Assembly (NCBI GenBank): GCA_041740815.1
Contig: JBGSLG010000041.1
Span: 555-64,554, forward strand
Direction of reading: 5' to 3'
DNA length: 64,000 nucleotides
DNA from: Bacteroidales bacterium
GTDB lineage: Bacteria; Bacteroidota; Bacteroidia; Bacteroidales; VadinHA17
Shown: positions 19,087 through 29,350 of the stretch, piece by piece
How positions within the stretch are numbered: position 1 is the first letter of the stretch
How the letters are laid out: each line of letters opens with the position of its first letter
The notes under the pieces: model-generated
Told to the model about the DNA's origin: nothing
What the model saw: only the letters and a program-made list of their open reading frames with translations
The model's database searches: none
Made by a program: the position numbers and the translations under genes

Positions 19087-19770
19087 ATGAAAAAAATTAC
19101 TTACTTATTATTGTTTGTATCATTCCTGTTTTTTGGATCTGTTAATGCCCAGACAGGAGTTCAGTTTGGTTTGAAAGCCGGCTACAGTCTCGCCCTTCAA
19201 TATGGTATCTCTCCTGCTGACGATATTTACACGGTTGATACTGATAGCAGGAATGGGTTTGCCGGAGGCGTATTCGCATATTTTCCGATAACTGAATCAG
19301 TTGGAATTCAACAGGAGCTTTTATATGCTATGAAAGGTTCGAGGCAGGATGTTACAATATCCGGACCTGTTAACCTAAATACCTTTTCTGTTTATGATTT
19401 GAACTATTTCGAGATGCCGATGATACTAAAATACAAATTTGTCAGGATTAATAATTTTGGCATTTATGGCAGCACCGGCATAGCATTATCATTATTATTG
19501 AATGGAGAATACAATATTACCAGTACAATTAATATGGGCGGACCTCCGATAATAGTTGAAGAATCAGGCGATATGAAAGGACTCGATACCTTCGACTATT
19601 CATTCGTATATGGAGTCGGCACGGATTTCACACTTCTCACTAAGGATTTTTTCTTCGACTGCCGCATGACAGTAGGGTGGAACACATTGGCAATGCCTAA
19701 CTCTTCAGGTGCTGATCCTGTTCCGCTACGTAACCAGGATTATGTATTTGCTGTTGGAATGTATTTCTAA
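19087..19770 (+). CDS. Small outer-membrane beta-barrel (porin-family) protein
   Basis: 227 aa with signal peptide SVNAQ, alternating beta-strand pattern and a C-terminal aromatic residue (GMYF). Confidence 0.65.
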   Translation: MKKITYLLLFVSFLFFGSVNAQTGVQFGLKAGYSLALQYGISPADDIYTVDTDSRNGFAGGVFAYFPITESVGIQQELLYAMKGSRQDVTISGPVNLNTFSVYDLNYFEMPMILKYKFVRINNFGIYGSTGIALSLLLNGEYNITSTINMGGPPIIVEESGDMKGLDTFDYSFVYGVGTDFTLLTKDFFFDCRMTVGWNTLAMPNSSGADPVPLRNQDYVFAVGMYF

Positions 19771-19832
19771 AGGCCTAAGTCAAATTATATAATTATTCGA
19801 ATTTTCAAAAGTAAGTCAGGTAACTGTTATAT

Positions 19833-20792
19833 ATGAAAAATAGAAAGTTCGTTAAATACTTCAAAGAATATGAGTGGTCGAACATTTTTGCAATGATCCG
19901 AAACAACAGGTCAGACCCCAAAATCTGTACTGAAGATTTTACTGATAAGCTTGTCGTAATAACCGGAGCTACTTCGGGCATTGGCTATCATACAGCCAGA
20001 AAGTATGCCTCTCACGGAGCAAACTTGCTGTGCGTAAACCGGAATGTGCAGAAATCTGAAGCGTTATGCCGCGAGATTGAAAGTGAATATGGTGTCAAAT
20101 GCGATTATAAAATTGCTGATCTGAGTAATTTACAGGATATTCAAAAAGTGGCAGAGGAACTGGTAAGGCTGACTACCCCGATTGATATACTGATACATAA
20201 TGCAGGTATTTACCTGACGAAGCGAGAATTAGCCAATGATGGAATTGAAAAGGTTTTTGTGATTCAACATCTTGCCTCCTTTATTATGAATTTCATGTTA
20301 ATGGATAAACTCAAGTCTCAGGCTAAGGCCAGAATCATCATGGTCAACTCCGAAGGTCACCGGTTTGCTGCATGGGGATTGAAACTGGACGATTTGAATT
20401 GGGATAAGCGGAGTTATTCCGGTCTGAAAAGTTACGGTTCTGCCAAACTGGCCCAGCTCTTATCGATGATTGTTTTTAATGAACATTTTCAACAAACCGG
20501 AGTTACTATCAATGCCATGCACCCGGGAGCTGTTAAAACTGATACTGGCCAGGAAAACGGGCCTGCCTACCAGTGGTTTAAAAGGAACTTTTTAGATAAA
20601 TCCCTTAAATCCCCTGAAATATCCGCCGAAGCATTGTATTATCTCGGAGTTTCAAAAGAAATTGAAACAGTAAGTGGAAAATTCTTTAATTTAACCACCG
20701 AAGAGGAACCGGCTCCGCCCGCTCTGGACAAAGAAGCAGCTTACGAACTTTGGGAAAAAAGTCTCGATTTGAGCGGATTGAAGGGTTCTTAA
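19833..20792 (+). CDS. Short-chain dehydrogenase/reductase (retinol-dehydrogenase-like SDR)
   Basis: TGATSGIGY cofactor motif, NAG, and the catalytic YGSAK (YxxxK). Confidence 0.85.
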   Translation: MKNRKFVKYFKEYEWSNIFAMIRNNRSDPKICTEDFTDKLVVITGATSGIGYHTARKYASHGANLLCVNRNVQKSEALCREIESEYGVKCDYKIADLSNLQDIQKVAEELVRLTTPIDILIHNAGIYLTKRELANDGIEKVFVIQHLASFIMNFMLMDKLKSQAKARIIMVNSEGHRFAAWGLKLDDLNWDKRSYSGLKSYGSAKLAQLLSMIVFNEHFQQTGVTINAMHPGAVKTDTGQENGPAYQWFKRNFLDKSLKSPEISAEALYYLGVSKEIETVSGKFFNLTTEEEPAPPALDKEAAYELWEKSLDLSGLKGS

Positions 20793-20829
20793 CTGTAATT
20801 GTTGCTGTGAAACCGGTGTAACTGAAAGT

Positions 20830-22461
20830 TTGAATTACAGGAAGATGTCCGAAAACAAATACAATACTATCATAGTGGGAGGAGGCATTGCCGGACTGAC
20901 TTCCGCTGCGTATCTCTCACGCGCAGGACAAAGAGTATTACTCATTGAAAAAAACAGGGAATGCGGGGGCCTGATTAATTCATTTACCCGCGATGGCTTT
21001 CACTTTGATGCCGGAGTAAGAGCGTTGGAAGATGCCGGTATTATCTTCCCGATGCTAAAGGATATGGGCATTCATCTCGAAGTGGTTGAAAGTCCGGTTT
21101 CCCTGGGAATAGAAAACGAAATTATCCATCTGGAAGGTCAGGAGAGTCTCTTAAAATACAAGGAACTTCTGTTAAGATTATACCCGGAAAGTAAGGAAGA
21201 GATAGACAGTGTCTTAAAGATCATAAGGAAAATCATGAAGCACATGGATGTGCTCTATGGTATAGAGAATCCTGTATTTAAAGATTTATTGCGTGACAGA
21301 TCCTTCATTTTTAAAAAACTCCTGCCCTGGCTGCCGAAATTTATCTTTACCGTCGGAAAAATCAACAGGCTTAATATGCCGGTTGAAGCCTATCTGGAAA
21401 ATTTTGTAAAAAATTCTTCCCTGAGGGATATCATTTCACAGCATTTCTTCAAAAATACTCCCACTTTTTTTGCAATGAGCTATTTTTCATTGTACCTCGA
21501 TTATTTCTATCCCAAAGGTGGTGTTGGAAAACTTCCGGAAGCCCTGAAGAACAAAATCACAGAGTATGGCGGAAAAATACTCACGGAAACCAAGATTACC
21601 GAAGTAATGGCCGAAAAATGTCTTTTAAAAGACCAGAATAATAACACTTATAAATATGACAGTCTTATCTGGGCCGCTGATTTAAAAACGCTGTACAGAA
21701 TTACAGAAACAGAAGGATTACCTCAAAGTATAAAAACATTATCAGAGGATGCAAAAAACAAGTTTTTGAAAAACAGGGGCGGCGATTCTGTTTTTTCTTT
21801 GTTTGTGGAGGTTGATGAGCCTCTTGAAAGTTTCAGGAGAATTGCACACGGGCATTTCTTCTATACACCCTCAAAAATTGGTTTGGGCGAAATTCACAGG
21901 GCCGACCTGGATTATCTGATAAGCAACTTTGAAATAGTTGATAAGGCACAAATCTGGTTGTGGCTCGACCGATTTACCAGACTAAACACTTACGAAATCT
22001 CTATTCCCGGACTGAAAGATCCGGAATTGGTTCCTCCGGGTAAGACAGGACTGATTATCAGTTTCCTTACCGAATATGACCTGTTTAAGAAAATTAAAGA
22101 AGCAGGCTGGCTGGATGAGTTTATTTCAGAACTGGAGAAGCGAGTCCTAGATGTAATATCTGAGTCTGTCTACCCGATGTTAAAAGATAAAACCATCGCT
22201 CACTTTTCTTTTACCCCATTAAGCATTGAAAACAGAGTAGGCAGTTCTGAAGGAGGGATTACCGGGTGGGCATTTCATGAATCTATGCCAGTCGTAAACA
22301 AAATTCAGAACGCGGCTCGTTCAGTTCTCACACCGATACCTTCTATTTATCAGGCTGGACAGTGGACTTACAGTCCTGCCGGTGTGCCTATGTCAATATT
22401 AACCGGTAAACTTGCTGCTGACCAGGTATTGAAACAAATGAAGAAACATAAAACCCCATAA
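20830..22461 (+). CDS. NAD(P)/FAD-dependent oxidoreductase, phytoene-desaturase/retinol-saturase-like
   Basis: N-terminal dinucleotide fold IIVGGGIAGLTSAAYLSRAGQRVLLIEKN. The track start is TTG at 20830; the ATG at 20845 (MSENKY) is the more likely start. Confidence 0.8.
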   Translation: MNYRKMSENKYNTIIVGGGIAGLTSAAYLSRAGQRVLLIEKNRECGGLINSFTRDGFHFDAGVRALEDAGIIFPMLKDMGIHLEVVESPVSLGIENEIIHLEGQESLLKYKELLLRLYPESKEEIDSVLKIIRKIMKHMDVLYGIENPVFKDLLRDRSFIFKKLLPWLPKFIFTVGKINRLNMPVEAYLENFVKNSSLRDIISQHFFKNTPTFFAMSYFSLYLDYFYPKGGVGKLPEALKNKITEYGGKILTETKITEVMAEKCLLKDQNNNTYKYDSLIWAADLKTLYRITETEGLPQSIKTLSEDAKNKFLKNRGGDSVFSLFVEVDEPLESFRRIAHGHFFYTPSKIGLGEIHRADLDYLISNFEIVDKAQIWLWLDRFTRLNTYEISIPGLKDPELVPPGKTGLIISFLTEYDLFKKIKEAGWLDEFISELEKRVLDVISESVYPMLKDKTIAHFSFTPLSIENRVGSSEGGITGWAFHESMPVVNKIQNAARSVLTPIPSIYQAGQWTYSPAGVPMSILTGKLAADQVLKQMKKHKTP

Positions 22462-22507
22462 TTTTCTGAATCTTGATATCAAACTTACTATTCCCAATAT
22501 CTTAAAA

Positions 22508-23437
22508 ATGATAACAGTAAGGTCTGTATCCAAATCTTACGGAAATATTGAAGCTGTCAAAAATGTCAGTTTCAATATCGCAAAAGGGGAGATCTTTGGC
22601 ATCCTTGGACCAAACGGTGCAGGGAAATCCACAATCGTAAACATATTAAACACTCTTATAAAACCAGACAAGGGTGATGTCATAATTGACGGGGTTAATA
22701 TTAAGAATGATGGTAAAACAGTTAAGCTGATCATGGGTGTTGTCCCTCAGGAAATCGCCTTATATGAAGAGCTGACTGCTTATGAAAACCTTATGTTTTG
22801 GGGAGGATTGTACGATATCCCAAAATCAGAGCTTAAGGCAAAGGCTAACGAAACCCTCGGGATTGTTGATCTGGTAAACAGGAAGAATGACAGAATCAAA
22901 ACGTTTTCAGGGGGGATGAAGCGCAGAATCAACATTGCATGTTCATTGCTTCATAATCCCAGGATACTGGTACTGGACGAACCTACGGTCGGCGTTGATC
23001 CTCAAAACAGGCATCATATTTTTGAGGTCATAGAGAGACTCAATAGTGAGGGGATGACAATCATCTACACAACCCACTACATGGAAGAGGCCGAACGGTT
23101 TTGCGACAAAATTGCTATTATCGACACTGGTCAGATTATTGCTCAGGGGACTCTGAAAGAGTTGAAGCATATCAGTGATATTAAAGACCTGGTAACGATT
23201 AAACTTGCCGATGCGGATAAAGAAACAATAGCACGGATTACATCAGAAAATCCTTTGTTCAGGTTTGACAGCACTTCCAGCACTTTTGAAGTGGAGTGCG
23301 GGAATATTGGTAAGGATACCCCGATAATTATAAACCAGATTCAAAAATCGGGTGGTGTTATCGAAAGAATAAATACAAGGGGGACGAATCTGGAATCTAT
23401 ATATTTGAAACTAACCGGGAAAGAATTAAGAGATTAG
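22508..23437 (+). CDS. ABC transporter ATP-binding protein
   Basis: Walker A GPNGAGKST, signature FSGGMKRR and Walker B ILVLDEPT. Confidence 0.9.
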   Translation: MITVRSVSKSYGNIEAVKNVSFNIAKGEIFGILGPNGAGKSTIVNILNTLIKPDKGDVIIDGVNIKNDGKTVKLIMGVVPQEIALYEELTAYENLMFWGGLYDIPKSELKAKANETLGIVDLVNRKNDRIKTFSGGMKRRINIACSLLHNPRILVLDEPTVGVDPQNRHHIFEVIERLNSEGMTIIYTTHYMEEAERFCDKIAIIDTGQIIAQGTLKELKHISDIKDLVTIKLADADKETIARITSENPLFRFDSTSSTFEVECGNIGKDTPIIINQIQKSGGVIERINTRGTNLESIYLKLTGKELRD

Positions 23438-23440
23438 ATT

Positions 23441-24643
23441 ATGTTCAAGCTTTTCAAAAAAGATCTGATACTGTTTCTTCATGATCAGCGCTCTGTGATT
23501 CTCACATTTTTTCTCCCGGTAATCTTAATAACTCTTTTTGCATTTGCTTATGGCAGTATTGGATCCTATAATGGCCGTTCCGAGCCTGTTAAATTGCTGG
23601 TTGCCGATCTGGACCAAACCAGTTCTTCCCAAGAGATTATACACAAGATTGATTCTCTTGACGATATAATAGTTGTTGCTTCAGATTCGATAAATTCCCG
23701 TGAACTGGTTGTCAAAGGAGATTATGTATGTGCCCTGATAATCTATAAAGGTTTTCAGGACTCACTTGAATACGGAGATTCAACGCCGATTGAACTGATT
23801 TATGACAGATCGCGTGAAATGGAAATTGGAATTCTTCAACAGAATCTGATCAGCACTATAATGTCGTCAACAGGTGAAACAATCGTTCATAACAGTATTG
23901 AAGAATATCTGCAGGACCAGTTTCCGGATATCGACAAAAGTACCAGAGAAAATATACTCAAGACGGCAATAAAGAAGGACGATAATAAACTATCCATCAA
24001 GTGGACTTCTATTGTCGGAGAGAAAAACGATACTAAACTGGGGCTCATACAGGCTGTGGCGGGCACTGCCATTCTAATGCTGCTCTTCAGCGTTGCAGGA
24101 GTAGGGACAAGTATCCTGGAGGAAAAAGAGAATGGAACAATAAACAGGTTGCTGTATTCGCCCCTGAAGCGTAGTGCAATACTCTACAGCAAAATGCTCT
24201 TTGCCTTTTTTATCTCGATACTTCAGATGACAGCCATGTTCCTCTTTGCCTGGCTCGTACTTAACATGGATATGAACGTTAATATGCCGGGATTAATCCT
24301 CATGATAATTGCCACGTCCTTTGCTGTTTCAAGTCTGGGTATTTTCCTGGCTTCAATTGCAAAAACTCGTCAGCAGGCCCAGAATCTGAGCACAATTATT
24401 ATTCTTGTCATGTCAGCTATCGGCGGCAGCATGATCCCTCTGTTTATAATGCCCGCATTACTTCAGAAGATTGCTCTTCTAAGCGTAAATTACTGGGGAA
24501 TTCAGGGGTTCTATGACCTGTTCTGGAGAGTGCTGCCATTGAAGGAGATCCTTCCCAAAATCCTGATTTTAATGAGCATCGGTGTAGTTATGACATTAGC
24601 TTCCATCCAGTTATTTAAGAAAAGGATCACAAAATTGCAGTGA
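23441..24643 (+). CDS. ABC-2 type transporter permease
   Basis: 400 aa with an N-terminal TM helix, a large extracytoplasmic loop and a C-terminal cluster of TM helices. It starts 4 nt after the ATPase gene. Confidence 0.8.
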   Translation: MFKLFKKDLILFLHDQRSVILTFFLPVILITLFAFAYGSIGSYNGRSEPVKLLVADLDQTSSSQEIIHKIDSLDDIIVVASDSINSRELVVKGDYVCALIIYKGFQDSLEYGDSTPIELIYDRSREMEIGILQQNLISTIMSSTGETIVHNSIEEYLQDQFPDIDKSTRENILKTAIKKDDNKLSIKWTSIVGEKNDTKLGLIQAVAGTAILMLLFSVAGVGTSILEEKENGTINRLLYSPLKRSAILYSKMLFAFFISILQMTAMFLFAWLVLNMDMNVNMPGLILMIIATSFAVSSLGIFLASIAKTRQQAQNLSTIIILVMSAIGGSMIPLFIMPALLQKIALLSVNYWGIQGFYDLFWRVLPLKEILPKILILMSIGVVMTLASIQLFKKRITKLQ

Positions 24644-24655
24644 GATTCAGGACAT

Positions 24656-27025
24656 TCAATTCATGATTGCTTTGCTTTTGCTGTCGCTCTCCACCTCGAC
24701 CTTGCGGTCAAGCTTCTTGACATTCTTCCCTTTATTGAATTTGTAAGAGTACATGAACTGGATGTAAGTCGAAGCATTAAACCCAATAATGTTGGTTGAG
24801 GAGAAATTATCCGTTTCGGCTTCTGTCCTGCTCAGTTTGACCTGCTTCGAAAACGGAAGCACCCATACGAAACCAACATTGTGGTTCTTTAGCTGTGTCT
24901 GCATGCCAGGTCCATAAAACGGCAGGTTGTATGTCCTGGATTGTGCGTTAACGGTTACTCCATTATAGCTCAGGAAGGCAAATACGGTTGTTGTCTTCTT
25001 CTTGCCAAGATTGGCAAATGCAGAGCTGGTTATGCTGTATGAGAAGTAATCCCTGGCCGGTATTGTGACTGACTGACCTGTATATTCATTCAAATGGCCG
25101 TTATAAATCCTGGCATTTATATTAATATACCATAACATGGCATTGATTCCACCCCCAAGCTCATAACCGTTGAGCAGGTTGAAGGGTTTGGTGAATGTGG
25201 TCAGCGAATTATCGACAGGTGAATTGACAACTATGAACTCATTCCCAACTTTCCCGGAGAAGAATTCATTATAAATATAGGGTGAGAAATAGTTGCTGCC
25301 AAAGTTCCATGTATAGGTAAGCTGTAAGCGGTCACGGTAATCAGGCTTCAGATCAGGATTACCCTGGGTGATGTTATAGTACTGATCTGTCCTGTAATAG
25401 GGATACAATTCGTAGATGCCGGGCCGGTTGATTCTCCGGTTATATGTGAATTTCAGGTTATGTGCTGCCGAAAATTTATACTGAAGATTGACGGATGGAA
25501 GGAAACAGGTATATACCGGTTCAGTAACCGAATCAGCTTTGATCCTGCTGTTTTCTATCCTGAGCATAGCCTGGAGCCCGATTTTCTTCAGATTATAGGT
25601 GATTCCGCCATACACCGAATTTCTAAACTCCTCATATTCAAACATATTACCTGCTTCCAGGTTATCAATTATGAAATTATAACTCATCTGCTGGAAATAT
25701 AGCTGATAACCAGTTTCAATTTTCGCAGACATCCCTAACGGATGTACATAATTCAGTTTAGCAGAATAATAATTACGATCATTCATGTTGTTCTCCAGCC
25801 TTGAAAATGTATTAATCACCTCACCGGAGTTATAGCTGTATCTTGTATTTGTGAAATCATTATTCTCATCTGAACTGAACTTGTAATAAGTGTTTTCAGC
25901 GGTGAATTCCTGTACAGGGTTTTTAAATGTCTTTTTGTAAAACAATGATACAGAGGACTCATTGCTCCCAAAGCCATTATATGTCTCTGAGTAGATCGTA
26001 TTCAAGGGATTGTTGTTTTTGTACAGAAAACTCTCGCTTATGAGATCAACATCCTGATTTAACGGTTTATAGCTTACATTAAAACTGATGCTGTTTTTAT
26101 CATTGATATAATAATCGAATCCGGTATTGACAGTCGACATGGTTACTTTTATACCTCCATCACCGAACGTGTTGACAGTAGAATCGATCATTGTGAATCG
26201 ATTTTCAATAGCATTGGTTATTTCAAGACTCTGCGAGAAAGTAAAAGCCGTCAGGTAGAATGTTATTTTGCCCAATGCGTAATCAATACTGGCAGATGCC
26301 TGGCTGGTGATCTTGTTAAATGGTTTAAGATTGAGGCCAACATTTCCATTCACCCCATATCTGGCTTCTTTCTTCAGGATAATGTTCAGTACTCCGTCAA
26401 TGTTCCCTTCGTATTTACCGGACGGATTGCTGATAATTTCAATAGTCTCGATATCTGAAGGAAGGATCCTTGCAAGGAATTCCTTGTCGCGTTGTCTTCC
26501 ATCGACCTGAATTATAAAGTTGCTGCTGCCATTTAGTGTGACATTATTCTGAAAATCGACATTGACCTGGGGTATTTTTTTCAGAAGGTCGTAACCGTTA
26601 ATTGCTGTTTTGGATACTATGGTTGGAATTGCATAAACGGTCCTGTCAACCATTTCCTTTCCCTTAAGACGTTCACCTACCACCATCACTTCACCTATGG
26701 ATGCAGTGGTTTCGCTTAAAAATATAGTGTCAACCAGAACTTCGGGATTACCTGTCTCAACAGCCACTTCTTTACCGCCGGTATGATAGCCGACATAACT
26801 TACTCTGATATAATAGTTGCCGGGATTTACCTTTTCAAGCAGGTATCCACCGTCGGTCAATGTAATGACCCCGGTAATCATGGTTGAGTCAGGTAACTGA
26901 ACAAGGCCAACAGTTGCGAAGGGTAATGGTGATTTATCTTTCTCAAGGAATACTGTCCCCCTTATATTTTGTGCCTGTAATGTGACAGAGGTTGCAAGGA
27001 TTAATAAAAATAAACACTTTTTCAT
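24656..27025 (-). CDS. TonB-dependent-receptor-like outer-membrane beta-barrel with an N-terminal carboxypeptidase-regulatory-like domain
   Basis: 789 aa with signal peptide (TLQAQ), a CarbopepD_reg-like segment (IRGTVFLEKDKSPLPFATVGL...GNYYIRVSYVGY) and a long beta-rich C-terminal region. Confidence 0.7.
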   Translation of the reverse strand: MKKCLFLLILATSVTLQAQNIRGTVFLEKDKSPLPFATVGLVQLPDSTMITGVITLTDGGYLLEKVNPGNYYIRVSYVGYHTGGKEVAVETGNPEVLVDTIFLSETTASIGEVMVVGERLKGKEMVDRTVYAIPTIVSKTAINGYDLLKKIPQVNVDFQNNVTLNGSSNFIIQVDGRQRDKEFLARILPSDIETIEIISNPSGKYEGNIDGVLNIILKKEARYGVNGNVGLNLKPFNKITSQASASIDYALGKITFYLTAFTFSQSLEITNAIENRFTMIDSTVNTFGDGGIKVTMSTVNTGFDYYINDKNSISFNVSYKPLNQDVDLISESFLYKNNNPLNTIYSETYNGFGSNESSVSLFYKKTFKNPVQEFTAENTYYKFSSDENNDFTNTRYSYNSGEVINTFSRLENNMNDRNYYSAKLNYVHPLGMSAKIETGYQLYFQQMSYNFIIDNLEAGNMFEYEEFRNSVYGGITYNLKKIGLQAMLRIENSRIKADSVTEPVYTCFLPSVNLQYKFSAAHNLKFTYNRRINRPGIYELYPYYRTDQYYNITQGNPDLKPDYRDRLQLTYTWNFGSNYFSPYIYNEFFSGKVGNEFIVVNSPVDNSLTTFTKPFNLLNGYELGGGINAMLWYININARIYNGHLNEYTGQSVTIPARDYFSYSITSSAFANLGKKKTTTVFAFLSYNGVTVNAQSRTYNLPFYGPGMQTQLKNHNVGFVWVLPFSKQVKLSRTEAETDNFSSTNIIGFNASTYIQFMYSYKFNKGKNVKKLDRKVEVESDSKSKAIMN

Positions 27026-27042
27026 TTTGACTATTAGTAAGT

Positions 27043-28014
27043 TTACTGTATTGCTATGATTGTTGATTCGCCGTTGATATCCATGGGCATCACCATGCTA
27101 AAGCCAGGGCCACTTATGCCAAGATTTCCGGTGATATGGGTCTTCCCGATATCCTCAACCTTCAGACCGGTGAGGAGGTCTACAACCATACTTGATCTGG
27201 TCAATCCTTTTATGCCGTCATAGGTTACCGTTGCGCCACCCGATTGAATAGGTACGGCATTCGCGGCCGTTCTGATTATTGATTCGGCGGTAATGGTTCC
27301 CCGGGTCCCTTCGATCCTGTCCATTTTATATGTAGTTGCAATTTCGAGCATCAACCCTCCTGAACTTACCTGCTGGAGGATATCCCAGCTATCGCCCGGG
27401 GCGACCTGCCTGGCCGGCAGATACCATGTAAACATCTCCATCATTGTTTTTAACTCACTGTCGCTGACCGTATTAACAATCTGCTTTTTGACGGCATCAG
27501 CCGTTGGCCCGGTAAGGGTGATGGAACTAGTGTCTTTCAGGACCATGTCAGTCAGCATTTTTAAGTTGACAATCTCAAACGGCCTGCCTGCAAAATCCAT
27601 CTTGACATACAGGGCGTTTTTACTGAGCCGGTTCATTATGTATGACAACACATCCGCCGTTTCTGCCGATTTGATATCCCCTTCATCTACAGAACTGTAA
27701 CTGACCGTTTTCCCCATTGTATTTGTATAGGTAATCAGTGTATCGAAACGTACTTCAGTGATCATATAATCAGCAGTCAAATCAATCATCTTGATCGACA
27801 TGGTATAATTGACTTTGGATTCCGTGGTTTGTTGAACGCCATTCATCGTCTGGGTGACAGTCTGGGTCGAAACAGACTTCAGCCTGTAAACCTTGTTTTT
27901 CTCCAGGTTCAGCTTCAGGCTGGCGGGGTACTGCGCCATAATCGCAGCACAGAACATGACTGCGGTAACAGACAGGATAATTTTTTTCATCAGGTTGTTT
28001 TTAAGATTTATCAC
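27043..28014 (-). CDS. Hypothetical secreted protein
   Basis: 323 aa with a signal peptide (probable true start MKKIILSV near 27990). No catalytic motif. It ends 17 nt upstream of the barrel gene. Confidence 0.6.
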   Translation of the reverse strand: MINLKNNLMKKIILSVTAVMFCAAIMAQYPASLKLNLEKNKVYRLKSVSTQTVTQTMNGVQQTTESKVNYTMSIKMIDLTADYMITEVRFDTLITYTNTMGKTVSYSSVDEGDIKSAETADVLSYIMNRLSKNALYVKMDFAGRPFEIVNLKMLTDMVLKDTSSITLTGPTADAVKKQIVNTVSDSELKTMMEMFTWYLPARQVAPGDSWDILQQVSSGGLMLEIATTYKMDRIEGTRGTITAESIIRTAANAVPIQSGGATVTYDGIKGLTRSSMVVDLLTGLKVEDIGKTHITGNLGISGPGFSMVMPMDINGESTIIAIQ

Positions 28015-28134
28015 TTGGGATCAAAGCTATGGCACCAACAGAGGTTTAGGAATAATTTGTCGGTAAATGGAGGAATTACTCTTGCGAACAGCAGGTTTGA
28101 AGGGAGGTAAGGGACAAATACGGGTAAGTTATGA

Positions 28135-28638
28135 TTACCGGTAGGCTAAAGCCATAATTTCAAATGTAATTTCGTCTTTGTCCCGCTTGAGAATAATCCT
28201 GTCTCCGGCTTTCTTGTTAATCATTGCCCTGGCCAGGGGTGATATGAATGAAATCTTCCCCTTCGCGATGTCTGCCTCATCAATTCCAACAATCTGGAAG
28301 GTCTGGGTTTTCCCGGACTTTTCATTTTTGAGGGTTACAATTGCACCGAAAGTTATTTCGTCCTGAGGTTGCTCTGACGGATCAACCAGCCTGGCTTCAG
28401 CAATCCTGTTATTCAGCAGCTGCAGTTTTGCATTGATGTGGTTCAGGGCAATGCGTTTCTCATTTTCTCTGGATGTGCCCAGGTTATCCTTTTCATTGAT
28501 CAGAGCCTGTTTTTCAGCTAATAGCTGATCCATTCCGGCACGTGTGACGAAATTCGTTACACCCTCCGGCAGCGTTGCTCTCTGGGGCACTATCGGTATT
28601 TCTTCCTGGTCGTCTTCCTTGACAAATCCTCTGCTCAT
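28135..28638 (-). CDS. GreA/GreB-family transcription elongation factor-like protein
   Basis: 167 aa with a coiled-coil N-terminal half and a C-terminal GreA-like domain (GAIVTL...ISFISPLARAMINKKAGDRI). Confidence 0.75.
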   Translation of the reverse strand: MSRGFVKEDDQEEIPIVPQRATLPEGVTNFVTRAGMDQLLAEKQALINEKDNLGTSRENEKRIALNHINAKLQLLNNRIAEARLVDPSEQPQDEITFGAIVTLKNEKSGKTQTFQIVGIDEADIAKGKISFISPLARAMINKKAGDRIILKRDKDEITFEIMALAYR

Positions 28639-28827
28639 GGCTTATGGGTCCTGAGAAATAAAATTACCGATTATAGCAGATATTCAATCAATTTCACTCT
28701 GTTATTTGGGTATACAGATTCTCAGCAGGCCGTTACACAAGTTAAAATAAACCTATTTTCTTCTTTGAATATCACGGAATGGCATTAGTCTGTCTTCAAA
28801 GGCTATGGTCGACGGCTTCCTTCCCGG

Positions 28828-29238
28828 TTACTTTCTTCGGAAGGAATTAATTATAGTTAATGATCCGTCGGGACTGGTTCGGCTTAGATTCATTGCTTCG
28901 TCTTTATATTCAAAGCTCCAAACCACATCCATGACCTTATCGCCGATATTTAGCGAAAGGGTTAATTTTCCCTCAGCTAATTTCCAGGTGCCTTCATAAG
29001 TATCCAGGGTACCGGTACCAGACATATTGCTGGTCATTTTGAATTTACCGTCTTCCATAAAAAAATAGTAGCTGACGGCGCTATCAGCCTTCATTTGGTC
29101 CTCCGTCATAGTCTGCTCACCCTCAGCGTTGACATAAGTCATTTCAAACATTGTCCAGGTGCCTGTCAGATCAATGTCCTGTGCCCAGCAAGCGCTGCAT
29201 GACAGGAAGCATAGCAAAAGAATTACAGTTGTCTTCAT
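28828..29238 (-). CDS. Lipocalin-like small secreted protein
   Basis: 136 aa with a signal peptide, plus DLTGTWTM and YEGTWKLAEGKLTL motifs typical of lipocalin-like domains in Bacteroidota. Confidence 0.5.
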   Translation of the reverse strand: MKTTVILLLCFLSCSACWAQDIDLTGTWTMFEMTYVNAEGEQTMTEDQMKADSAVSYYFFMEDGKFKMTSNMSGTGTLDTYEGTWKLAEGKLTLSLNIGDKVMDVVWSFEYKDEAMNLSRTSPDGSLTIINSFRRK

Positions 29239-29350
29239 GATCTTTCTTTTTCGTCATTTTACACGAATGAATATTGGAGTAAAGTTATACCCCGGAGAAC
29301 CCAAAGTCAATTATTTTTTAAAGTGTAAAAATGACAGGCAAAGAGGGTAA

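Noticed and set aside
26900-28200. A search for mobile-element hallmarks (integrase, transposase, tRNA target, terminal inverted repeats) at the compositional step
   Set aside because: I could not find any by eye, so I do not call a genomic island or mobile element here. Only the compositional change itself is reported.
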